A DNA stretch of 64,000 nucleotides from contig JAYWIR010000005.1 in NCBI GenBank assembly GCA_036172245.1, forward strand, positions 868,001 through 932,000, read 5' to 3'. Below are positions 12,812 through 23,900 of the stretch, one piece after another. The stretch's first letter is position 1. Each line of letters begins with the position of its first letter. The stretch is from Raillietiella orientalis (Eukaryota). A model generated the notes under the pieces. The model saw nothing but the letters and a program-made list of their open reading frames with translations, ran no database searches and was not told the origin of the DNA. The position numbers were made by a program, and so were the translations under genes.

Positions 12812-13303
12812 ATGTCTGAGAAAGATTCCTTGAAGGCTTCAAGCTGCGAAGAAACTTCCGACGACGATGTCATGGACATCCAGGAAGATCACCAGCAACC
12901 TTCCGAATTCACAGAATCCTCGTCTCTCTCTCAGATCGATGACAATGCCGACATCGACCCCATCACCTGCCACACGGAAAGGATCATCCAGACGACCGAT
13001 TATGGTCCCTGTGGAGAGGTCGTAACGTCCAAGAAGAAGTTCAGTTCTCTAGAAAGCAAGCCCACATCGTGTCTCCCCAGCAAAAAATCCACGGAAAGCT
13101 GCGAGGAAATCAAAGATGTCCTCAGAATGAAAGCTCTTGAGCTTCCGGGCTGGAATTACTACATCGTCCTAGCTGCCATCACTGTCGCGGCAGCTGTCAT
13201 CAAGTATTTCGTATGGTCAGGAAAGGAGCAGCTGGAAGAGGACCAGTCCATGTATGCCACGGACATAGACTTGGAGGAATTGATACTGGACGAAGAATTC
13301 TGA
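12812..13303 (+). CDS. Hypothetical 163-aa protein: acidic/Ser-rich N-terminus, one hydrophobic TM helix near the C-terminus, acidic tail
   Basis: Uninterrupted ATG-TGA ORF in an AT-richer region with protein-like composition. The TM segment is YYIVLAAITVAAAVIKYFVW. An upstream polypyrimidine+CAG acceptor at ~12625-12651 suggests a 5'UTR intron. No family recognised. Confidence 0.55.
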   Translation: MSEKDSLKASSCEETSDDDVMDIQEDHQQPSEFTESSSLSQIDDNADIDPITCHTERIIQTTDYGPCGEVVTSKKKFSSLESKPTSCLPSKKSTESCEEIKDVLRMKALELPGWNYYIVLAAITVAAAVIKYFVWSGKEQLEEDQSMYATDIDLEELILDEEF

Positions 13304-13627
13304 CGGAAGCGGCTTGCGAATTTCGTTCTGCTCGCTGCAGCTCCAAAAACGTCAACGAAAAGTCGATGATCAATGTCTATCCTGTTCACCCCCCCCCCCT
13401 TTCCCCCTCCTTCCATAAAAGCGTTTAGCACCTCTTCTACTCCCATCAAGTGAAATTGCGTATCTGGAAGAGGACCGCGTTTTTTCAAACGAAATGCTTT
13501 TCCCTTCCGTTCTGCGTGAAAACAAAAAAACAAACAAAATAGCGCCTCAGCGGCTTGCGCGTCCGGGTTTTGTGCGCACTCTCGACTTTGCGCAGGGATC
13601 TTCCCAGTCTTGGAAATTCCCCTTAAA

Positions 13628-13662
13628 ATAGTAGTAGTAGTAGTAATAGTAATAATAATAAG
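13628..13662 (+). repeat. (TAG)n/(TAA)n microsatellite
   Basis: atagtagtagtagtagtaatagtaataataataa. Confidence 0.9.
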
Positions 13663-14329
13663 CCAAGAATCCTGCATAAAGAAACCAGCTGTTATTTATT
13701 TTTGTTCTTTTTCCTCCTTGCAACATGATCATCACAGCAATTAATTGGCACTGGTTTCCAGTGGGTGCCTGCTGTCATCCGAGTTGTTTCCCTTTTTTTT
13801 TTTTCTTCTTTTCCGGAGGGTTTCTTTTGCATGTCCACGGACAGAGCTCAGATTTGCACTTCCCTCCCCCCATCTCGGTTTATTTTCATGTTTGTATTCG
13901 AGTTACGCAAGGGCCCGTCTGTCTTTTCGAATTCCTTGCATTCCTCCGGCACTGCAGCAGCAGGGCCCAGAGGTGTGAACGAGACGGCGCGCGCGTTTGC
14001 TGTGTGTGCAGACTGTTTCGGGTTTCGAACCGTCCCGGTGCCGGGATCTCCGGTGGCGCTGAGCGCGGCTTCAGCAGTGGGTGGGATCTTGAAACAGACC
14101 CTCGGGCTGCCCATCTCCTCCTCCTCTTCCTGCTTCGAAAAAAAAAAAATCTTCGAAATGGACACCTTCCCGAGTAGACAGCTGTCCCCCTGGCGACCAT
14201 CTTCCCAAACGTGCCAGCGAGATCCGAGTGCTGTCCCCAAAGGCTGCAAAACGAGGTCCTCGAGAGATCTCTAACGTCATCCCTGCACTCCAAAATCCGG
14301 TGTCGACCTTGCGCTTTCCTCAGCCCGGA

Positions 14330-14712
14330 GAGAGGACGAAAGGAGGGGGGACGTCAGAGAAATGGGGAGGGGGGGCGTCGTGGGTTTCGAATTCCCCTTC
14401 TCAGGATGATACTACTCGACCCACGGACTTCAGGTGCAGCACTGGTGCAGACCGGATGCCTCCGTCGACCGGCCGGGGTCCTTCCGGGAATTCAGGAGCC
14501 CTTCCGGGTTCACCTCCTGGTTGTGAAGAGGAACAGGCCCTTTTCGGGAGGTCCCTCCAGAGAATAAATTCCAGGAGTGGATCCTTTCCGAGACCCCTTC
14601 GGGGAAGAAATGATGGAGAAGCCTCCACAAACCGGGGTGTCCCTCCGGAGGGAACGAGGAAGAGCAGGTTTCCTTCGGGGACTTGAAGGGGCACGCGCGC
14701 ACCCTCCGGTGC
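14330..14712 (+). repeat. SINE-like family copy
   Basis: gtcgtgggtttcgaattcc, aggatgatac..ttcaggtgcagcactgg..ccggatgcc, a GA-rich body, and the 3' motif acttgaagggg..gcgcaccctccggtg. Confidence 0.6.
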
Positions 14713-16699
14713 GCGGTGCCAAAGAGTTCCGTGAACCGGTCAACCTGAGGAGGCGACCGGTTCTTCAGCACTCCGGAAGAACCGAGAAAAAAAGCTAGAA
14801 GGGAAGCAGCGAAACCGGAGGGAGCCCAAACGGAAGGTCCATCATCCTAGGGACCAAAGTGGCGACCTCCCCGTTACGTCGCTACAGGTCTTTTCAAATA
14901 AGCTGCGTGGCCACTACGTGGTGCCGGCGAAGTCAACGGGTCGGCGTGTCAGGGACGTGTACGCGTGCTCAGGAGACCAGCAGGGGCCTCCCCGGCATTC
15001 CGGTCGCGCTCAGCTCGGGGCACACGCTCGGGTCGAAACTTTCGGAGGTCGACTAGTCTCTCCGTCCGGAGGGGGCGATCCTCGGCGGCCGCGAGGACCG
15101 CCCGCCGGCAAAGAGCCAGCGGCCGTGGTTCCAGGTGGCAGCTCCGGCGCGCCCGCCGCACTTTGCTGGGACGAATTCTTCGAGCGGTCGGGAGTTGTGG
15201 GGATAAGGAGGGATGGGGGAGCAAGTGCTCTGCGCGGCCGGAGGCGATGTGGCATGCGCCGGGGAGCGCCACAAGACACCATGGGGAACTTCCCGCCCTA
15301 TTCTGACCGCCGCCTCTTCGGGTGGTCGCTGAGCGAAGCGCGTTGCCTCAGGGCTGGAACCGCGGCGAGAACTCGGACCGGGGGACAAGGAATCGAAGGA
15401 AGGCGGAGGCGAGCGGCCAGGGGGGAGGGGTTGGGTCGGGCGAGCGCAACCCCCTGCTCTTCCCACACTCGTCCGTGACAGGGCCGGGAGCCCACTGCCT
15501 TCAGCGTCCCCACGACGAGGCGCCGCCTCCTGGCGGACTTTAGGCCGAGGGTACTTGCACGGGACACCACCAGGATGTCGCTGACATCCGAACAGGCCAG
15601 CTGATCCCTTGGTCTTCCTTTGAGAAGACCAGGGGCCCAGCAGAGGCTCCCCGACCACGTCCGCTGACCTCCCTCCCTTTCCGGTCTCTCCGGAGACGAG
15701 GGAGACTAGAGGAAAGAGAGGAGAGCGGCGACGACCCTTCCTCCTCCGCCCCTGCATCAAAGTCACGCATTCCCTTCCCCGGTACCCCTTCTCCTCCTTT
15801 GGCGCGCACCCCATTGGCGGGCTAACGGCTGAGGCCATTCTAATGTTCCTCGGGGCTTCTCCAGGAGTCCTGCAGTGAATGTTTCTTTTTTTTTTTTTCT
15901 TTTTGTTATTTTCAAAGGTTAGCAGCGATCTTACGAGGAGGTCACTGCCGCCGGCCTGGGACGATGGGAGTCTTGCCTGGGTCCTCTCGCTTGTGCTGCT
16001 TCCTCTCAGACTCCGCTCTTTCGGTTCTCCTGGGGGCATCGGAGAGGGTCGACGCTGCTCCCGGAGGGTGCGTGTGCCAGTCCAAGGGAGCCCCGGAGGG
16101 ACCATCCTCTCCCTCGTTGCCTCCGAAGGGATGCCAGAGGGAACCGCCCCTTCCTCCGAAGGAAAGGTCGGCTCCATGGCACGAAGGCGGGGAGACGTTC
16201 GCGACCTCGACGCGCCATCTGGCGCCGATTCGGGAAGCCGATCCACGAAAGCCTCTCCCTTTCCAAGGATACCCGAAGGGCGCCTTTCAGCAGGCTCGGG
16301 AGAAAACGGTAGGACCCCGCGCCGCCCGTTCCTCGTTTCCCCAGCTCGAAAGTGGTGCCTGCGCACGACGCGGCGGCAACGGAAAGCTCGCCCCGGGCCA
16401 CAGCCTCCGAAAGGGGTGGATCGGCCCCACTCATCCCCTGTCGTCTCTTCGGCGCCACCAGCCCGTCGCGAGCTCCCGCCTGCGCTTGCGGAGGGCAGTC
16501 AAGTGACCCTTCCGGCCCGGGCTGGGGGCAGCGGAGAATCAAGGCAGCATCTCCCGGCTGTACCGCGCTTCAGCTCGCTGACCCACTCCTGCAGCACCCT
16601 TCCAGCGGCCGGCTTCCCAAACTCAGGAATACCTCCCCTCTTTTCCCGTTTCCACCCCCGCTCACCCCTGCGTCCGTCCCCTCCGGGGTTTCCTGGAGA

Positions 16700-16960
16700 C
16701 TCCCTCACCGGATTGGGCTCCTCGGAAACTCCACCCAAGGGAAGTTCTGGGGGCGGTCCTGGCGATCGCGGACGGCTTGCTCCCCTCCCCTCCCCCGAGC
16801 GGCGGCCGCGCTGCTGGCGCTGCGCTGGGGACCTTCCGCGCGACTCCATCACTGGACGAGGGGGAGCACCAGATTCGACCTCTCCAGGCGCGAGGAAAGG
16901 GAAGTCCCCCTTCCCACCCGTCGGTTCACCGCGTTGCCCTCCGGACCTGGCGGGAACTCT
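16700..16960 (+). mobile_element. LINE zf-RVT region fragment
   Basis: LLALRWGPSARLHHWTRGS matches LLLLH*GISLRARLSHWTRGS of the 41.5-42.3 kb copy. Confidence 0.45.
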
Positions 16961-17082
16961 CGTCCATCCAGGCGGGCGACTCCTAAAATTACCCCCTTCG
17001 CGCGCGGAGACTTGCGGGGCCCCAACCTCCCCACTCCCCTCCGTGACCGATGCAGGCCCCACCCACCAGCGCCCTCTCTCAG

Positions 17083-17393
17083 TTTTTTCGGGCCCCGGGT
17101 GTGAAGCAGAGCCCCAGCGTTACCGGGTGCAGAACGAGCCGCCGTTCGCGCTCGGCATGGGTCTCGGCCCAATGGGGGTGTTCTCCAGTCTGGACAGGTA
17201 GGCGGTGCACGTGTGCTTCCCCCTCCCTCCCCTCCCTCCGCACAACGAGGTCCCCGCGCTCAGAATACTCCAGCTGGAGGTGCACAACCAGACTGGACTG
17301 ACTGCGGGGTGCACCGCCACTATGACGTCGGCCCGCCTGAAGCGCCACTGCGTGCCACCGCCGACTCGAGAGGGGCCGGCTCGTCCCGTGTAG
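17083..17393 (+). CDS. Possible 3' exons of an unidentified plus-strand spliced gene convergent with NWD
   Basis: Acceptor ctctctcag at 17082, exon FSGPGCEAEPQRYRVQNEPPFALGMGLGPMGVFSSLD, donor AG|GTAGG at 17198, C-rich tract and CAG at 17263, then ILQLEVHNQTGLTAGC...*. No homology recognised. Confidence 0.25.
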
Positions 17394-17928
17394 GGGGCAG
17401 GGCACGTCTTGCATGCACCCCCGCAACCCGCCCCGCTCACGGGCAAGAGCGGGTTCATCCTGTCATGCGGTCTCTCCGGGCCCCCACTTGGCGAGTCCAG
17501 GATTAGCGCTCCCCCCTTCCCTCCCGCCAGTAGAGGCGAAGGGCGAGGTTCGCACCCCCCCACGGCGTGCAGCAGCCAGACTCCCCCTGCGGCCACGAGA
17601 GCTGGGCTCCTGAGGGGCCTCGAGGGAAGGTCACGGGGCACCTCGCCTGCCACTCCGAGGATTCGCCCCCTCTCCCCTTCTCCCCCACAGGGCAAGAGAT
17701 CTGGGACCTCTCCCGGAAAGTGGGGAGCACCCTCGAGTCTCACATCGGAATCTCCCCCTTTCCTATTTCTTCTCACCTCCGCCCCGCCCCTGACGTGGAC
17801 TGCCTGCAGGGCTGCTGGCGGGTGAAAGGGGGGAACGGCCACCCCCTCCAGATGCTCCTTTTCTCCCCTCGCCTTCAGAGCGACCGAGAGAAGGGAGCTG
17901 ACCTCCCTGGGGCTGGGACTGAGGGAGA

Positions 17929-20900
17929 TCAGCGGACGGGGGAGGAGTCGGAGAGCCGCTGCTGCTTTCCGGAGGTCTTCTGGCGCAAGGAGACCACCCG
18001 TGCCGACGTGTGGAAGGACATTGGCGCCCGGACGTCGCTGACCTTCTGCGAGAAGAGGGGAGGAAGGGAGAGGGTTAAGGGAAGTCTCACCTTGACCTGC
18101 CGGGAAGGCAGGGCCTCCAGGGAGTCGCGCGTCTCCGGCCGGGAGGGGTCTACGATCATCAGCGCTGTGAGGCACCCGTCTACGGTACCGATGACCAAGG
18201 AACGCCCGTCCTCGGTGCACTCGACGGCGCTCAGCTCCGCCTGCACGCGGTAGTTGGCGACCAGCTTGGCGTCCGCGGTCCTGGGGAGGAGGAGGGCGGG
18301 GAGAGGAGGCGGATGGGAATTGCTCGCCCACGACCCCACTTGCCCGCGCGCGCGCACACGCCCTCCGCACTCGCCTCGGGAACACCGCCTCCTCGTCCCC
18401 TGATCTGCACATGCCCTCTCCCCTACTCCCAACCCCATCTGCCCTCCCCTACTTTCACTCCACTCCGGACTATTCCCTTTTCACCCTCAGTTCCACCCCC
18501 TCCCACCCCCGCTCCGAAGACTTCCCTTCCGCCCCTTCCTCCCCGCTCACCCCTGCGTCCCCTACCTTCACCCTACTCCAGACACTCTGCTTCCTCTCTC
18601 TTCCACCCCCGCTCGCCCCTGTGTCCGTCCCCCCCAAAGCTTCCCCATGAGCCCTCCCCCTTCTCGACCCCCGACCTCACCTGAACAGCCGGACAGTGTT
18701 CTTGCCGCTGTGGAAGTAGAGCACGTACTCGCCGCTGCCGGAGAAGGCGCTGATGTTGGAGAAAACGCCCTCGGCTACCCTGGGAATGAGGGTCCTCACG
18801 GAGCGCCCATGCTTCAGCTCGATAATTTCCAGGCCCCCGCGCGCCGGGGAGAAGAGGCCGTAGCGCCCGTCTCTGGTGCACCTCCCGTTCCACCTGGCGA
18901 CCGACCGGACGAACCTGGGGGGAAGGACAGGGGGTTGGATCCGCCTTGCCGGGAAGGGGGGAGAGAGATGGCGCTCACCTGCGCGTCCTGACATCCACGA
19001 TGTTGCCCTTGTCCTGGTCGATGACGGCCACCAGGGACGCCTTGCCCGGCACGGCCACCACCGCGTGGAACTCCTTGAAGCGAGGGTACCGCAGGGCGAC
19101 ACGATGCAGCAGCGCCCCGTCGCGGGCGCCATGCACCGCAAGCGAGTCGCGCAGCCGCTCGTAAGCCGCCACCACAAGGAGCTCGCCATCTGAGGTGACC
19201 ACCGCGTCCCTGAGGAACCGGATGGGGTGCTCCAGCTCGTACAGCGGCTGGCCCTCAGGCAGTGACCTGACCACCACCCGGCACCTCAGCTCCCCACCAG
19301 AGCTCAGCTTGGACACCGCTGCGAACGCCCTCTCCGGGTCGCCCAGAAGCAGCAGCTGCTTCACATTCTCCTGCTCCGCCTTGAAGACCACCTCTCTCAA
19401 GGGCACATCCCACACCAGTACCGTCCCGGTCTCGTTGGAGACCACGTGCCTGCGGCGGGCAAGGTCGGAGAGAAGGAGGAAGGGACTTTGAGGGTGGAAA
19501 GGGGGAAGAGGAGGGGGCTTTGCAGGTGGGCGTCGCTCGGAAGCAGAGGCGAAGAGGGATCGTTGGCGTGGCAGGAAGAGGATGAGACGGACGGGGCGCG
19601 TGCACCCCTCTTACCTTCCGTCCTTGGAGATCTCCGCCAGCGTGACGATGGCGCCCAGAGGGCTGTCCGCCAGCCTGGCCAGCAGCCGCCCGCGGCGGAT
19701 GTCCCACACGCCGACGCAGTTCCGGGTGACCGTGGCGGCGATGCTGCTGCCGGCGAGTCTGCAGGAGGGGGTGGGGCACCGCGGAGGGCCGATCCTCTCG
19801 GTGGGCGCGCCGTGTACCTGATGGTGTCGATCCGCAGCTCGTGGCGGTCAATGGTGTGCACCTCCTCGAAGATGTTACTGATGTTCCACACCTTCACCGT
19901 CCGGTCGATGGACGACGTGATGATCTGCAAAGGATGCTGCTGCTCAGGCCAGCCGGCCACCCGTGATGGGAGGCACCAGTGGCACCAATGATGGGAGCGG
20001 AGGCTGAGCCACCGGCGCCAGGTCTAACGTCCCTTGGCACCGCCGCCGCCGATCTACGCGCGCTGCCGCCTCCTTCGGGGTGTCCGTGGCTCTGTGCGCT
20101 GTCGTCGATGTCGCCAGCGTCACTCTTTCGCCATCACCGGGGCTGACGGCAGCACTGGCACCTGTACCATCCACAGCAACGCTGCCACTGTTGGTGACCC
20201 AGCGTTGATGTGCTTGCGCAGCGTTGTTTTCGAAAGTGCCTCCGGTGCATTCCCGCAGCGACTTCGCTGCTGACGCTGAGACTGTCTTCGAGGATGGTGC
20301 CAGTGCATTCTCACTGGGAGCTCGCCGCTGGCGCCAGAAATGTCTTGCAGGGTGCTGGTCGCGCGCTCGAGCCAGCTCGCCTGCTCTCCTCGTCCCGGAG
20401 AGCCCGGACAGGTCCCCTGCGCTTTCCCCACCGTCCCGTTCTCCCACCCCTTCTCCCTGAGTCCCTGCGTGTGGACGTCTCTCGCGTTCGCTCGCGGGCG
20501 GGACTCACGGAGTTCCAGTTCCCCGTCGTCAAGGGAACCATGTCGATGATCCTAGCGAAGTGGGCATCGAGGCTGATCTGCAGCTCGCTGGTTTTCATGC
20601 TCCAGACGTACAGGCTCTTCCTGCGGGCGCACGCGGGGTCGAAGGGGCTCGTGTGGAGGGACGCTCACCTCACTCCTGCTACCAGATGCTCCTCCTTCTT
20701 GTCGATGACGGCGGCGTTGGAGCGGAGCGGCCGGACGGTGACATTGCGCACGCCGTGGGGCAGGTGGAAGGTCTTGGCGCCCGGGTCGCCCCCCTCATGC
20801 AGCGCCCACGAGACGAATCCTCCGGTGAAGGCTCCGACCAGGTAGCGCTCCTCGTTGCTGTGGCACAGCTGGATGATGGTGCCCTGGGCTGGAGGGAGCT

Positions 20901-23900
20901 GCCCGAGGGGCTGCCACGACCCGTGGCCCCCGATGAAGGCGCCGACGACGCGCGAGTCCGGGTCGCAGGTCACATGGAACGTCTTCCTGTTCGCACCCGC
21001 GGCCATAGCCCTTTCCCGCGTGAGAATGAGACCCTTGAGCGTCGCCCGCCAGCCCATCCGGGCGGCCAACCTGTAGAACACGAGCGGCTCGGACCGCATG
21101 GCCCCCCGCACGTGCCACATCCGCATCTCCACCTCTGAGCACCTGGTCACCAGAAGGTAGTCGTCCAGGGAGGCGACCCGCATCTCCACGAGTGTCTCGC
21201 CCTCTGGCGCGAAGTCCACGGCTCCCTTTTGCACGAGGACGCCCTTCGTGCTGTACGCCGCCCACCGGCGCAGTCCGTAGACAACCAGCTGGGCGTTGGT
21301 CAGCTGGCAGCCCCTGACGTCCTCTCCCCAGGCGGCGAAGGGGTTGTCCAGCACCAGGAACTCGCTCGTGAAGAGGTTCAGCAGGATGACCTGGAAGCAG
21401 GGTGTCGGGTGTGGGCGCGCGGCCCTCGCACGCTCCTTCTCCGTCCTCTTGCGGGCTCGGGAAGCTCCCCAGGCGAGCGGGAGAGTCCGATCCTCGGAGG
21501 CTGTCTCGGTCGACCCCGCCCCCTCGACCTCGCGGGAGGGGTCGCGCTCAAGCGGAGGCCAGGTCGCCCTAGCGGCTGAGGTGACCTGTCCCGGCTGCGC
21601 AGAGACCTCGCGCTCCGAGGCGAGCGGGGAAGGGGGGGCGTCGCGCGCCGGTCTCCTGTTTGCTACCTGATTGTTGTTGGTGTAGGACGCTGCGTGCCGG
21701 TTGTCTGGGCTCAGCTCCAGACCCTGCATGATGCCGTCCACTCCGGGGTTGACCTCCCTGGACAAGTCGCTGCTTGCCAGGTCCCAGGTAATGAACTTGC
21801 TGGAGACCGAGACGATGTACCGGAAGTCAGTCGTCAGGCGGAACCCAAATATGGCGAACTGGTGGCCTTCCAGGGAGTACTGGGGGGAGAGAAAAAGGAA
21901 GAGGACTCCGCCTCTGCACGCCTCCCCCGTCTCACGGCCCGCCTCGGTGACGTCACGCGCGCCTTCATTGTTTCGCGGGCCGGCGAGCCAGCACGCAGCC
22001 GCCAGGTGCGAAAAAGTCCGTCGCGAACGCCGCCACGCTGACTTGTCCCCGGCTTCCCCCCTCTGCCGCCCGTCGTCCCCTTTCCCTCTCCGCCGTATGG
22101 CATGCTCATCCTCCCCTCCTCCCTCCCCCTCCCCAATCTGGGGTGGCACGTCGCTGAAAACAAAAGCGGCGGTTTCGGCAGCTTCGTCCGACGCGTTCGC
22201 GCGTATCTGGCAACACTGCCTCGGCGATCGCTTCGCAGCCGGCTGTTTCGTTTCGCAGGCGCCGGCGCGTCGCCTCCCGAGCGTTGCGCACGGGTGGTGC
22301 TGGTTGTGCGGGAGAGGCGCCACCGTGTGGGATGGTCGCGGGGGGACAGGAGCGCGTGCGGCAGTGGCGCAATAAAAGAGAAAAAAGAAAAAACGGGACT
22401 CTCCCACCGCGCCGCCCGCGCCCACCCTCTGCGCCTCTTTCGTGCCACGGACTCCTCGCCTCGATGCGCCAACCTCCGCACCCTTCCCGCACCTTTTTTT
22501 GTTTTCTTTTTTATCCAGCCGCGGCGTCTGGTTCGACGCGAGGTGCGCCCACCCCCTTCCCGAAGTGCTGCCTGCCTCCGCGTGCTCTGACCCCGGACGA
22601 GGTCACGGCAAGGTGCGTCCCGAGCCGCTCTCACCAGAGGACTCTGCCTCTTTCCTCCCCTCAGAGTCTCCGGGGCGCTTTGCAGCCCAGATGCGGCACA
22701 GCTTCCGCACTCATCCGGGTCCCGGAGGTGCCCCGAACCCGTGGAAACAGTGGTTCGCCTTCGCTCGGGAAACGCCCTTGGCGATGTGGGGGTTTGTTAG
22801 CGCCGTTGCAATCAAACTTTTTTTTGGCGCGGTCACCGGGCTCCGGCGGGGACGCTGCGAGCGCCCTCGGAGCAGCAGGCCGTGGCGAGGGCGCGGCGCT
22901 ACCGTGACCTGACGCGAACGAGAGGGTCAGGAAGGACTCTGCGACTGGCCCGGGAGATTAGCGCACCTCCTCGATCTTCTGGGGCGCCGGGTGCTGGGGC
23001 CTTTTTGCTCCTGGCATCCTAGCCCTCGGGGCGGCCAAAGAACTCTGGGACCGCAGGCTGCCTCCCGTGGCTATTTCGGGCACTTCACGGAGGGCGCGCT
23101 GCGTGGACAGTACCCCGAGCGGGTTCCTCCCTCCTCCGGGGTCTTCCTGGATTAGCAGGGTGATCTCCTGACTTGCCTGCGCCCTCGGGTGGTGTGGGCG
23201 GTGCCAAATAACCTCGTGACCTCCCCCTTCAAGGAGGTGAGCGGCGGCTCTTCAGCATTCCTTGGGAACCGGAAGAGACATCTGGGAGGAGAGAGGAGGA
23301 CGGAGAGAGGGAGGAAGCAGCTCAAAGCGGAAGAACCCCCGAGGTTTCTTTTCCGGTGCAAATCTTCTTCCGCAGCCTCTCCCTGCTGCAGCCTCCTTTC
23401 CTTCGGCTCAGGGACCCTCTGACAACCCCTCGTGGCAGCTGAGGATTTCCCGCGGGAATCGCTGCCTCTCCAGCGCGTCGCTCCCTCCGGAGAGCGCCCT
23501 CCGGGGGAGGAAAGTCAGGAGCGGATGCTTTCCGGGGTCCCTCCGAAGAAGCGAGGAGCGCTCCCTCCTCCAGGGTCCCCCAGAGACAGCCAGGTTCCCA
23601 AGCGCGAAACAGACAGACAGGTGCCTTCTTCCGGATTTGTAGGGCGTTCCCGAATTCGTAGGGCTGTCCTTACAGGGTTGCTCCTCTGACCTGAAGAGTT
23701 GCACGCACCACCTCGAGCGGCGCGGGAGGCGGTGTCAGGGAAGAGCTTCGTGTCCGTCCCCCCCACCTAAGGGTGGCGAGCGGGTCTTCAGCACTCGGTG
23801 GGAACCAGAAAAAGCCAAAGGAAAATCCGACAAGGTTGGCCGGCGCTCGCGCGCCTGCGTGGTGGGGGGGGAGGGGGGATTCGTGCCGGCTGCTTCCTTT

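Noticed and set aside
14400..14475. Exon-like segment after tctcag (DDTTRPTDFRCSTG)
   Set aside because: It is the conserved core of the SINE family.
15053..17201. Long ORFs 15053-16366 (-) and 15879-17201 (+)
   Set aside because: Low-complexity GC-rich translations that start in or cross a poly-T run and overlap LINE debris.
18647..22375. Plus-strand ORFs antisense to NWD exons
   Set aside because: Shadow ORFs caused by high GC3 in the real minus-strand exons.
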